Source: an uncultured Bacteroidota bacterium
GTDB taxonomy: Bacteria; Bacteroidota; Ignavibacteria; UBA10030; UBA6906
Direction: 5' to 3'
Assembly: GCA_963700635.1 (NCBI GenBank)
Contig: CAVOYH010000003.1
Location: 832,001 to 896,000, forward strand
DNA length: 64,000 nucleotides
Of the stretch, positions 17,805 to 30,249 are shown one piece after another. The position numbers were made by a program, and so were the translations under genes. The notes under the pieces were generated by a model that had not been told where the DNA came from, ran no database searches, and saw only the letters and a list, made by a program, of their open reading frames with translations. Positions within the stretch are counted from its first letter, which is position 1, and each line of letters opens with the position of its first letter.

Positions 17805-19487
17805 GTGAAGGAACGTATGAACGGGGCAAACGAAAAGTGGTCGTGGGAACAGAGAATCGCCGCCATCGGACTTGTGGCTGCGGTGATGCTCTTCAGCGGT
17901 TTTATGATGGCACCCGAGAGTACACTGCTCCTCAAGATCAGCAAGAGCATCGATGTGTTCGGACGGGTGTACAAAGAGGTGGCCGTGTCCTACGTGGACG
18001 ACATCGATCCGGAAAAGTTTATGGAAGCGGGGATCCAGGGTATGCTCGGGACCCTCGATCCGTATACCGTCTACATCGACAAGAACAACGGCGATGAAGT
18101 TGACCTCCTGACCAACGGGAAATACGGCGGCATCGGGGTAACGATCGGTACCCGCGATGGAGCGGTTCGTGTGATCTCGGTGATGGAGGGATACTCTGCA
18201 CACCGTCAGGGCATCGTCCCGGGAGACCGTTTTATAGAAATCGGAGGGGTAAAAGTCAGCGGCCTCAAGCCTGAGGAGATTCGTAACCTTACCCGCGGTG
18301 AACCGCGAAGTGATGTGAAAGTGTTGATTGAGCGTGACGGCGAACCAAAACCGATGGTGTTCGTTCTGATCCGCGAAGAAATCCAGGTGAAGAATGTGAC
18401 CTACACCGGCATGCTCGAGAACGGTATCGGCTACGTCCGCCTCGAGCGCTTTTCACGGCGCGCGGGCGATGAACTCCGGTTGGCCATAAAGGAATTAAAG
18501 CTGACCAATGATGTACGCGGACTTGTCCTTGATCTGCGGGGCAATCCGGGAGGTCTTCTCGACGCGGCCGTTGATGTTGTCAGCAAGTTTGTACCCCGGG
18601 GAAGTCTGGTTGTGAGCACGCGTGGCCGCCGCCCTGAAACGGACAAAGCATATCTCTCCAGCGAAGAACCCATCCTTTCGTCTGTGCCGATGGTGGTGCT
18701 GACGGACAGAAACAGCGCCAGTGCCAGCGAGATTGTCGCCGGTAGTCTGCAGGATCTCGACCGGGCACTCGTTGTCGGGACAAGGACGTTCGGTAAAGGA
18801 CTCGTCCAGACTATCGTCCCGCTCAACTACGGAGCACAATTAAAAATCACCACGGCGCGGTACTTCATTCCCAGCGGACGCAGCATTCAGGAAATCGACT
18901 ACATGCACCGTGACCGAAACGGTGTCTTTGCCGTCACCCCGGACAGTCTGCGCAGGGAATTTAAGACCTCCCGCGGCCGGAAAGTGTACGAACTGGGTGG
19001 TATCATGCCGGACTCTACTGTTGAGCCGCTGGCCGATGGTCCGATGGTGCGCGAATTACGCCGAAAGTCACTGTTCTTCAAATTTGCCAATCGGTACGTC
19101 AACGAGCATAAGGGTGACTCTATCACCTCCGTCACGCCCGGCATCCTTCAGTCGTTTCGCACGTTTCTTGAGAAGGAACAGTTTGATTTTCAGGAAGACA
19201 GCGAGAAGCATGTGAATGAGCTCCGCACCATTGCACAACGCTCGCACTACTCGAAAGAAGTGCTCAGTGATATTGAACACCTCACCAAAGCGCTGCAAAA
19301 AGAAAAAGATCGCGGCTTTGAACGGTATCGTGAGACACTCGAGGAAGAGCTGCGGATAGAGCTGATGGCACGGGTTCAGGGGGAACGCGGACGTATTGAG
19401 GCCTCATTCCGGACAGACGTTCAACTCGACGTTGCGACGGCCCTCTTGCGTGATACAAAGCAATACGTCCGGCGTATCGGCGGCTAA
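17805..19487 (+). CDS. ctpA: S41 carboxy-terminal processing protease with PDZ domain
   Basis: LDPYT, YGGIG, DLRGNPGGLL, SASASEI and TFGKGLVQ; start could also be ATG 17817. Confidence 0.92.
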   Translation: MKERMNGANEKWSWEQRIAAIGLVAAVMLFSGFMMAPESTLLLKISKSIDVFGRVYKEVAVSYVDDIDPEKFMEAGIQGMLGTLDPYTVYIDKNNGDEVDLLTNGKYGGIGVTIGTRDGAVRVISVMEGYSAHRQGIVPGDRFIEIGGVKVSGLKPEEIRNLTRGEPRSDVKVLIERDGEPKPMVFVLIREEIQVKNVTYTGMLENGIGYVRLERFSRRAGDELRLAIKELKLTNDVRGLVLDLRGNPGGLLDAAVDVVSKFVPRGSLVVSTRGRRPETDKAYLSSEEPILSSVPMVVLTDRNSASASEIVAGSLQDLDRALVVGTRTFGKGLVQTIVPLNYGAQLKITTARYFIPSGRSIQEIDYMHRDRNGVFAVTPDSLRREFKTSRGRKVYELGGIMPDSTVEPLADGPMVRELRRKSLFFKFANRYVNEHKGDSITSVTPGILQSFRTFLEKEQFDFQEDSEKHVNELRTIAQRSHYSKEVLSDIEHLTKALQKEKDRGFERYRETLEEELRIELMARVQGERGRIEASFRTDVQLDVATALLRDTKQYVRRIGG

Positions 19488-19498
19488 GGAGAACCCGA

Positions 19499-20302
19499 AT
19501 GGATATTCTGACAATCCTGCTGCTCCTGCTTGGGGGCATCCTCTCCGGATTTCTGGCAGGGTTTTTCGGTGTGGGCGGTGGGATTATCCTGGTACCCATT
19601 CTGCTCTATTTCTTCCAGAGTATCCACGTCTCGTCTCTGGTCTCTACACATCTTGCATTCGGAACCAGCCTGCTGATCGTGCTGTTTGCATCCTTCTCTT
19701 CCGCGATACAGTATTCTCGAAACGGACATGTTGTCTGGAAGGGCGTGATCACAATCGGTCTGGCCAGCGTGGCCGGCGGATTACTCGGTGCACTGATCGC
19801 GGGGGGACTGGAAGGCAAAGTGCTGCGTCAGATCTTTGCGGCCGTCGTTATCCTCTCGGCACTGCGCCTCTTTGCGGAAACACGAAAACCCAAAGTGGAG
19901 GAGATGCCCCCGCTGCATGTCCCTCCTCTGCTCGGCACCGGTTTTCTGGTCGGAATGGTGTCATCGCTCGCCGGGGTTGGCGGAGGAGTTCTCTCCATTC
20001 CCATCATGCATTCGATTCTGAAATTCCCGCTCAAAAAAGCACTGGGAACCTCCAGCGCAACAATTGTCATCACCGCGCTCGCGGCCGGGACGGGATATGT
20101 GATCAAAGGATGGGATAACACTCTGCTGCCCGGCGGGACGCTGGGATTTGTGGATTGGCTGCATGCCCTCCCGCTCATCGCCGGCTCCATTCCAATGGCC
20201 GCGGTGGGCGCACACGTCGCCAACAAGACGAAGGTTTCACTGTTGAAGCGTATCTTTGCTCTGTTTCTCCTTGTTATCGCGTTCCGGATATTGCTCTTCT
20301 GA
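19499..20302 (+). CDS. TauE/SafE family membrane exporter
   Basis: Duplicated G(V)GGG...P and GTS motifs in a hydrophobic multi-TM protein. Confidence 0.88.
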   Translation: MDILTILLLLLGGILSGFLAGFFGVGGGIILVPILLYFFQSIHVSSLVSTHLAFGTSLLIVLFASFSSAIQYSRNGHVVWKGVITIGLASVAGGLLGALIAGGLEGKVLRQIFAAVVILSALRLFAETRKPKVEEMPPLHVPPLLGTGFLVGMVSSLAGVGGGVLSIPIMHSILKFPLKKALGTSSATIVITALAAGTGYVIKGWDNTLLPGGTLGFVDWLHALPLIAGSIPMAAVGAHVANKTKVSLLKRIFALFLLVIAFRILLF

Positions 20303-20306
20303 TATC

Positions 20307-20927
20307 CTACTCCAACCGTTCCTGCACCAATCGCAGGATGTGACGCAGGTCCTCCTGGTTGTTTACAAAGTCCATGTTGTCGGACTCCACCACCAGCAGT
20401 TTCCCCTTTGTGTACCGTCCGATCCACGATTCATAGTGGTGGTTGAGCTGCTCCAGATATTCCCGCGTGATGGATTGCTCGAAGTCGCGTCCGCGCAGGG
20501 ATATCTGCCGGAGGAGGGTGTCAACGTTTGCGCGCAGATAAATCAGAAGCTCCGGAGGATGAAGATACGCCGTCATCACGTCATACAGCGCCACATAGTT
20601 GTTGTAATCCCGCTCTTCCATGTTCCCGATTTCGAAAAGATTTCGTGCAAAGATCTCTGCATCTTCATAAATGACCCGGTCCAGAACAACCGACTGTGAT
20701 CCTTCCGTAATGGCTTTATGCGATCGGAACCGGTTAGAGAGAAAATAGACCTGAAGCTGAAACGACCATCGGCGCATATCCTTGTAGAAATCACTCAGGT
20801 AAGGGTTATCCTCGACCGATTCATACATCGGTATCCACCCGTTGGCGGTGCTCAAGAGACGGGTCAGGGATGATTTTCCGGATCCGATGTTTCCGGCAAC
20901 CGCAACGAACGCTTTCTTGGATTTCAT
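20307..20927 (-). CDS. Deoxynucleoside kinase
   Basis: GNIGSGKSS P-loop, DRVIYED and RGRDFEQ. Confidence 0.92.
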   Translation of the reverse strand: MKSKKAFVAVAGNIGSGKSSLTRLLSTANGWIPMYESVEDNPYLSDFYKDMRRWSFQLQVYFLSNRFRSHKAITEGSQSVVLDRVIYEDAEIFARNLFEIGNMEERDYNNYVALYDVMTAYLHPPELLIYLRANVDTLLRQISLRGRDFEQSITREYLEQLNHHYESWIGRYTKGKLLVVESDNMDFVNNQEDLRHILRLVQERLE

Positions 20928-21805
20928 GGTGTGATCCGGTGTAAGAGAGAAAAGAGGAGCTGAAGTCCGTCCACGGCGCGCGGTCCGGGACGCGAAATAA
21001 TGTCGGCGTCAAGACGAAACACGCGTCCTGTCCGCACGCAGGTCAACGCTGACCATTCAGGGTACAGTGCCATGATGGCGTCGGTTGCGGGGAGTACGTC
21101 GGACATGACGAACAGGACATCCGGATCATACGCCACAACGGCTTCACGGCTGAGGGTTGGATAGGTGAGCCCGGTCCGGGCAGCAAGGTTTGTGGCGCCG
21201 GCGTTGCGCAGGAGTTCATCAATAAAGGTGCGTTCACCCGCCGCGATCAACGGTTGCAACGATACAAAAAGCAACGCGCGAACGCCCTCTGTCCGGTTCT
21301 TCTGCAGAATGTTATCGGTGAGCCGGCGGAGACGCCGGACGGCCCGCAACGCGCTATCCGCCTGCCCGGAAAGTGTGCCGAGCATGTGCAGGGAGTGATA
21401 AATGCCCTCAAGAGTCCGCGGATTGGTCACAACCACGGGAATGCCGAGGTGTACCAACCGGGAAAAATCATCACGTTGATTTCCTTCCATGCTCATGACA
21501 ACAAGATCGGGATGGAGGGCGACGATGGCTTCGATCGACAGTGTTGTCATTCCTCCAACGCGGGGTCTGACGCGGGCGGCGGGAGGAAAGTTGCAGTATT
21601 CGGTAACCCCGACGACACGATCACCGGCGCCGATCGCAAAAAGAGATTCTGTGATGCTGGGTGCCAGAGAGACGATCGCCCTTGCCGGAGCGGGAAGTGT
21701 GACGGTCCGCTGGAGGTCATCCACAATGGTGACCTGGGCGGTTGAGACCGTACAACCTGCCAACCAGAAAAGTGCTGCGATATAGAGACGCAGAGACAAT
21801 GGCAT
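20924..21805 (-). CDS. BtuF-like cobalamin/iron-siderophore periplasmic binding protein
   Basis: IVSLAPSITESLFAIG, VGVTEYCNFP and RPGPR; start may be 21805 or 21829. Confidence 0.82.
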   Translation of the reverse strand: MPLSLRLYIAALFWLAGCTVSTAQVTIVDDLQRTVTLPAPARAIVSLAPSITESLFAIGAGDRVVGVTEYCNFPPAARVRPRVGGMTTLSIEAIVALHPDLVVMSMEGNQRDDFSRLVHLGIPVVVTNPRTLEGIYHSLHMLGTLSGQADSALRAVRRLRRLTDNILQKNRTEGVRALLFVSLQPLIAAGERTFIDELLRNAGATNLAARTGLTYPTLSREAVVAYDPDVLFVMSDVLPATDAIMALYPEWSALTCVRTGRVFRLDADIISRPGPRAVDGLQLLFSLLHRITP

Positions 21806-21815
21806 TATCGGGATA

Positions 21816-22835
21816 TCAGTAACTGTCATCCGTGATCACCACCTTGCCCTTGAACACCCGGTAAATGAAGATCGTATATCCGATCACCAGGGGCATCCCG
21901 ATGAGAGCAATCACCAGCATGGTCTTCAGGGTGATTTCACTCGAAGAAGCATTGTAAATGGTCAGGCTGTAGTGCAGATCGCCAAGGGAAGGAACAAGGC
22001 GCGGAAAAAGGCTGAGTGCGCTCAATCCCATCATACACCCGATGGTCAAGGATGATGCGAGGAAGGCAAGCCCGTTCCTCCCGGCCTTTGCAGCGACGGG
22101 GATACAAAGCACAGAGCAGAGCAGCAGTACAAAAAGAACCCAGAAGAGTGGATGCGCGAGCATTCCCTCAAACAGGAACGGAGAGACAAAGATCGTACCG
22201 AGCGTGGCAAGGAGGTAGAGGATGACCATGGTGATCCACAGCGGAGAGACCCACGTGCTGATCCGCCGTTTCATATCACCGTCGGATTTCAAAACAAGAT
22301 AGAGGGCGCCATGCATCGTGAAGAGAACCAGACACAGCAGCCCTATGAGGATGGCGTACGGATTTAACAGGGTGAAAAAACTCCCCGTGAAGTTGTGATC
22401 CCCGTCGAGCGGAAGACCCCGGAGTATATTGCCGAATGCGACGCCGAACAGGATGGCGGGAAGGAGACTGCCGAGGCCGAAAGACCAATCCCAGAACCGT
22501 TTCCATGCCACGGACTCCACTTTTCCGCGGAATTCCAGCGAAACAGCCCGGAAGATCAGGGCGGCAAGAAGCAGCATGATGGCAATATAGAAACCGCTGA
22601 ACACGGTTGCATAGACAATCGGGAACGCGGCAAACAATGCCCCGCCGGCGGTGAGCAGCCACACTTCGTTACCGTCCCAGACTGGACCAATCGCATTAAT
22701 GTGGATACGGCGCTCATGGTCGGAACGGGCAAAGAGGTGCAGCACCCCGACTCCCAGGTCAAATCCATCCAGAATGGCATATCCGGTGAGGAGTACACCG
22801 AGAAGCAGAAACCAGGTTTCGTTCAGGTCCATCAT
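21816..22835 (-). CDS. cydB: Cytochrome bd oxidase subunit II
   Basis: LDGFDLGVG, PVWDGNEVWL and FRAVSLEFR. Confidence 0.95.
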   Translation of the reverse strand: MMDLNETWFLLLGVLLTGYAILDGFDLGVGVLHLFARSDHERRIHINAIGPVWDGNEVWLLTAGGALFAAFPIVYATVFSGFYIAIMLLLAALIFRAVSLEFRGKVESVAWKRFWDWSFGLGSLLPAILFGVAFGNILRGLPLDGDHNFTGSFFTLLNPYAILIGLLCLVLFTMHGALYLVLKSDGDMKRRISTWVSPLWITMVILYLLATLGTIFVSPFLFEGMLAHPLFWVLFVLLLCSVLCIPVAAKAGRNGLAFLASSLTIGCMMGLSALSLFPRLVPSLGDLHYSLTIYNASSSEITLKTMLVIALIGMPLVIGYTIFIYRVFKGKVVITDDSY

Positions 22836-24166
22836 ACAAGCACCTCCTTTCCGGGCATCGGTGGGGGACCATGTTTAACCTTCCGTACCAGCAGATACAC
22901 ATAGAGCGAACCCAGGAAGATATACACGACCCCGAAGAGAATAATGGAGAAAAGAATTTCTTCGGCTGAAACCGTAATGGACGCTCCCTCGCTTGTGCGC
23001 AGAAGCTTGTACACAATCCACGGCTGGCGCCCGACTTCAGCCGTAATCCAGCCCAATTGACAGGCGGCAAGAGGAAGGGGAATGGACCAGAGCAGAGCCT
23101 TCAGGGTCTTCGGGCTGTCCCATAATGTGCCGCGCCAGAGCTTAACGGCGGCGATGGTGGTCAGCAGGATGAAAAACAGACCCAGCACGACCATATTGTG
23201 GAACGAGACAAAGGTGAGCCAGAGGGGAGGGATTTCATCGGCGGGAAACTCATTGATGCCCTTGATGGTTGCATGAGGATCGCCGAATGCCATCCAGCTG
23301 AGGAGTCCCGGAATTTCCACCGTGGCGTTGAGTGTCGGTGGATCGGTCGTCGGCACCGCGAAGAAAACAAGTGGAGCGTTATCCTGGCTGGTGTAGAGCC
23401 CTTCAATCGCGGCGAACTTTTCCGGTTGCGTGTGTGCGACCTGCCGGGTGTGTTCATGGCCAAACGGCATTAACTCGAGGATGGACGTAACCAATCCGAA
23501 GATCACCGCGACGCGCATCGCCTTTTTTGCAAACTCCATCTCACGTTTCTGGAGGATGTAGTACGCGGCAATCCCGGCCATAAGAAATGCGCCGCTGATC
23601 AGCGCCGCGTCAATGGTATGAAAGAACCGGATCCACATCGAAGGCGTAAACACTGCGTCTGCAAAGTTTGTCATTTCAGCGCGGCCGTTGCGCAGGACAT
23701 ACCCTGCGGGCGTCTGTTGCCACGAGTTGGCGACAAGAATCCAGAACGCCGAGAGGGTTGAACCAACCGCGACCATCAGAGCGGAAAACCAGTGCACACC
23801 CCTCGAAACGCGGTGGCGGCCGAACAGATATAAGCCGAGAAAACCGGACTCAAGGAAGAATGCAAAGACACCTTCGGCAGCAAGCGGTGCCCCAAAAATG
23901 TCGCCGACAAATTTGGAATACTGCGCCCAATTTGTCCCGAATTGAAATTCCATCACAATGCCTGTGGCAACCCCTACGGCAAATGTCAGACCGAGCACCT
24001 TGCCGAAAAACATGCCGATGCGCTTGTACACCTCATCCTTTTTCCGCCAGCCCAGAGTTTCCACTACCACAAGGAGCCATGCAAGTCCGATGGTCAGGGG
24101 TGGGAAGAGAAAGTGAAATCCGATGGTCAACGCAAACTGCAGTCGGGCAAGCAGCAATGCATCCAT
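22832..24166 (-). CDS. cydA: Cytochrome bd oxidase subunit I (short Q-loop)
   Basis: RLQFALTIGFHFLF, EFQFGTNW, QPEKFAAIEG and EVGRQPW. Confidence 0.96.
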   Translation of the reverse strand: MDALLLARLQFALTIGFHFLFPPLTIGLAWLLVVVETLGWRKKDEVYKRIGMFFGKVLGLTFAVGVATGIVMEFQFGTNWAQYSKFVGDIFGAPLAAEGVFAFFLESGFLGLYLFGRHRVSRGVHWFSALMVAVGSTLSAFWILVANSWQQTPAGYVLRNGRAEMTNFADAVFTPSMWIRFFHTIDAALISGAFLMAGIAAYYILQKREMEFAKKAMRVAVIFGLVTSILELMPFGHEHTRQVAHTQPEKFAAIEGLYTSQDNAPLVFFAVPTTDPPTLNATVEIPGLLSWMAFGDPHATIKGINEFPADEIPPLWLTFVSFHNMVVLGLFFILLTTIAAVKLWRGTLWDSPKTLKALLWSIPLPLAACQLGWITAEVGRQPWIVYKLLRTSEGASITVSAEEILFSIILFGVVYIFLGSLYVYLLVRKVKHGPPPMPGKEVLV

Positions 24167-24239
24167 ACAAGAGCTCCTTCAGAATGGATGGGCCAGCGGG
24201 GGGTGAGGTGCCGGCCGCCTGGATGAGTTTTTCGTTCAC

Positions 24240-24353
24240 AATATACGATTCCATCCTGACCGGGGCAATGGTATCGTGTATGCCTGCCGAATTCAGACAA
24301 TAGGGGGCAGGAGTGATCCGGGGTTGACAATCCCTGTTATTATTCCTTACTAT
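24240..24353. promoter_or_regulatory. Divergent sigma70-type promoters (cydA and murA)
   Basis: Minus strand: TTGCCC-N17-TATATT (24268-24240). Plus strand: TTGACA-N18-TACTAT (24324-24353). Confidence 0.55.
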
Positions 24354-24363
24354 TGAGCATCCT

Positions 24364-25626
24364 ATGGACAAATTCGTGATTTGCGGGGGGAAACCCCTGA
24401 ATGGCACCGTCAGCATCAGCGGTGCGAAGAACGCTTCTCTTGCCCTGATGCCTGCAGCTCTCCTGGCCGGCGGCATATTTTATCTCCGGAATACCCCCCG
24501 GCTGCGGGATGTGAGCACCATGGCGGCTCTGCTTCGGACGATGGGAATTGCGGCAGAACTGAACGGGCATACCCTCCGCCTGGACACCAGCGGAATCAAA
24601 CATTTTGAAGCTCCCTATGAGCATGTCAAAAAGATGCGTGCCTCGATTTATGTGCTCGGGCCGCTGGTTGCCCGGTACGGTCGAGCCAAGGTCTCCCTTC
24701 CCGGCGGTTGCGCCTGGGGGCCACGACCGGTGAATCTGCATATCGAGGCGCTCAGGAAGCTCGGCGCGGAGATTGACATGCACGAAGGATACATATTCGC
24801 GCGTGCCAACAGACTGATTGGAACGCGTATTCACTTCGATGTCTCAAGCGTCGGGGCGACCGGCAACACCATGATGGCCGCGGTCCTGGCAAAGGGCGCC
24901 ACCCTTATCGAAAATGCCGCCATTGAACCCGAAATCACCCAGCTGGCTGAGTTCCTTGTTGCCATGGGCGCAAGGATCGGAGGCATCGGGACCAGCCGGA
25001 TCGAGATCCAGGGCGTCGATGAACTCCATGCCACGGATATCAACACTATCCCGGATCGAATCGAAGCCGGAACGTTCCTCGTTGCCGCTGCGCTCTGTGG
25101 TGGCACGATTACGCTCAAGGATGTGATTCCCGATCAGCTTGCCGCTGTCACCACAAAACTTCAGGATGCCGGCGCACATCTTTCCAGCGACGAGAGCAGC
25201 ATAACCATCAGCGGATCTTCATCCATCATGCCGGTTGACGTCACCGCCAGCGTCTATCCGGGCTTTCCGACTGATATGCAAGCCCAATGGACGGCGCTCA
25301 TGTCCGTTGCCCGTGGCGCCGCAGTGGTGACGGATTCAATCTACTCTGACCGGTTCAAACATATTCCGGAAATGATCCGGCTCGGTGCGGATATCGAAGT
25401 AAAAGACAACGCGGCCATCGTCCGGGGAGTAGAACGCCTCACGGGCGCAAAGGTGATGTCGACCGATCTTCGTGCGTCAGCATCACTCATCCTTGCGGGC
25501 CTGGTTGCTGAAGGAACAACGGAAGTCCTGAGGGTGTACCATCTTGATCGCGGTTATGAGACGATCGAGACGAAACTACGCACGCTCGGAGCAGATATCA
25601 AACGGGTAGCGGGAGAGGAGTTCTAG
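24364..25626 (+). CDS. murA: UDP-N-acetylglucosamine 1-carboxyvinyltransferase
   Basis: SGAKNA, MRAS, LPGGCAWGPRPV (active-site Cys present), PGFPTDMQ and DLRA. Confidence 0.97.
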   Translation: MDKFVICGGKPLNGTVSISGAKNASLALMPAALLAGGIFYLRNTPRLRDVSTMAALLRTMGIAAELNGHTLRLDTSGIKHFEAPYEHVKKMRASIYVLGPLVARYGRAKVSLPGGCAWGPRPVNLHIEALRKLGAEIDMHEGYIFARANRLIGTRIHFDVSSVGATGNTMMAAVLAKGATLIENAAIEPEITQLAEFLVAMGARIGGIGTSRIEIQGVDELHATDINTIPDRIEAGTFLVAAALCGGTITLKDVIPDQLAAVTTKLQDAGAHLSSDESSITISGSSSIMPVDVTASVYPGFPTDMQAQWTALMSVARGAAVVTDSIYSDRFKHIPEMIRLGADIEVKDNAAIVRGVERLTGAKVMSTDLRASASLILAGLVAEGTTEVLRVYHLDRGYETIETKLRTLGADIKRVAGEEF

Positions 25627-25627
25627 C

Positions 25628-27855
25628 ATGCTTGTCGCCGGAGGGGTCTATGTTGTCATTGCGCTCCTGTGCACACAGATTCCCCTTTTTGATCATCCCG
25701 GCTATGAGTTTGCTTTTGTGTTCGCCATCGCGGGATCTCTGCTGTCGGGTTTTCTTACCATCCGGAAAGTTGTTCCCCTGTACAGGGTTCCCGGCGAACC
25801 TGCCGGGTTCCGCACGCTCCACCACTTTGCCAAGGCACTAGCGCTCAACCTCGCGCTGCTGCTCATTCCTTTCGCCGTCATTCTGCTGAACGGGTTGTTC
25901 GTTCCCCTGTGCGACGTCACGGAAGGGGCGCTGTTTTTTATCCTCCTCCCCGTTGTCAGCGTGACGTTCTCTGTCGCACTCGGGCTGTTTTGTGCCGTAC
26001 ACTACCGGCGAAGCAATCGGGTGTTTCTGTTTTACGTGATCCTCAGCATTGTCTATGTCCTCTTTATCGGGTACACCACCCCTGCCATTCATTCATATAA
26101 TTTTTTCTACGGCTATTTCCCCGGTCTGAGTTATGATGAACTGCTCCCCCTCGAAACACCGCTTGTCCTCTTCCGGGTCCTTACCCTTGGTGTGGCCGCG
26201 CTGCTGGTATGGCTGGCGTATGTTCTCGTGCAGAACACATCCCCCGACAGCGGCGCCATCAGGAAGGGTGTGAAGCTGCTTCTGGTTCTGTGGCGTGAGT
26301 ACCGCCCGGCGGCGTTGGCCGTTTGTGGGGTTTTCCTGATGCTGTACTGGTTCCGCTGCGAGCTCGGGTGGGAATCCACTTCCGCGTATATCCGGGACCA
26401 GCTCGGGAGTGTTCGCGAAACAACCTACTTCGTAATCTGCTATGATTCGACCTCCTATCCCGGCGAAGCGGCCGACCGCCTTGCGGCGGAACACGAGTTC
26501 CAGCTCAAACAGATTCTTTCAGAATTTTCGCTGCCGCGGACCGAGAAGATTACCTCCTATGTGTATCCGGAGGCCACAACCAAACGCCGGTTCATTGGAG
26601 CCGGAGTCACAGAACTTGCAAAACCCTGGAACCGGGAAATCCATATCACCGTGCAGGGTGTAGAGTCGAGCCTTCGTCATGAATTGGTCCACGTTGTAGC
26701 GGCTCCGTTCGGGGTGCCGGTGTTGCAGGCGAGTTTGAGTCCGGGACTTGTGGAGGGCCTTGCTGTGGCGTTGGAAGGATCGTGGGGATACCGTCCGCTG
26801 GAACAGTACGCTGCGGCATTACACCGTGCGGACATTGCCCCTTCCATTGAGCGGTTGATGAGTTTCACCGGATTTGCGGCGCAGTCGTCGACCGTCAGTT
26901 ATGTGCTCGCCGGCGCATTCTGCCGTTTTCTGATTGATCGGTACGGCATGCGTCCGCTTTTGTCGGTGTACCGGAGCGGAGACTACGAGGAAGCGTACGA
27001 GAAATCGCTTGCGGATCTCACATCAGAGTGGCACACCTCGTTGGACAGTGTGGTGGTGGATGAGCAGACCTTTGCCGCAGTGGATGTGTTTTTCCGGCGG
27101 CCTACAATTTTTGGAAAGGTCTGTGTGCGTCTGCATGCCCGCCGCGTTCGTGATGCAAAACAGTTGTATGCGACCCGCCGCTACGATGAAGCGAGTATCC
27201 TTTTTCGCGGACTGGCATCCAGCGGAGGGGGATATGACGCCTATGCGGGACTTCTCTCCACGCTACACCGGCGGGGCGTCTACGTGGAGGCCACAAATCT
27301 GTATGATTCCCTCGTGAGCAATGACCTGTATCCACGTCGGTACCTGCCGCTGGCAATCACCGCGGGTGATGCGGCCTGGGCAATGGGTAACTCCATCCGC
27401 GCCAGATCATTGTACAACCAGGTGCGGATGGCCGATATAGCACCGCATCTGACAGAAGCGGCGCGTGTCCGTCTCTGGGCGCTCGAAGACACGTCTGTTG
27501 CGCGTGCATTCCGTGCTTACTTTCTTGCGGATGTGCCTGACACCGTCCGCGCGGGGATGCTCGTGAACCGGATGGGAGGGAGCGCAGACTCGCTTGCCAT
27601 GTTTCTGCGGGCACATGTATATCAACGGATAGGAAAATACCGTGAGGCCGCTTCTCTGGCTGAACGTGCTGGAATGCTTCCGTATGATCCGTTTCTGGAG
27701 GGACGGAGGAGAGTGTTTCTGGGTGATGTGCTTCTCCGGGTGGGTGCCTATCAGGCTGCGCGCGCACAATACTGGTCATCACTTAACTACGACGCCCGTC
27801 CGTATGCGGTCCGTGATATTCATGACCGAATTGCACGGTGTGAATTCCTGGAGGC

Positions 27856-27865
<10 letters not shown>
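25628..27865 (+). CDS. Membrane protein with HExxH metallopeptidase-like domain and helical/TPR-like C-terminus
   Basis: About 7 N-terminal hydrophobic helices, LRHELVH...LVEGLA and SYVLAGAFCRFLIDRYG. Confidence 0.7.
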
Positions 27866-30244
<2,379 letters not shown>

Positions 30245-30249
30245 ACCGC

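Noticed and set aside
24224-24241. Possible Rex or CRP-like operator at the cydA promoter (TTGTGAACGAAAAACTCA on the minus strand)
   Set aside because: Only the left half matches TTGTGAA-N4-TTCACAA and it is not palindromic.
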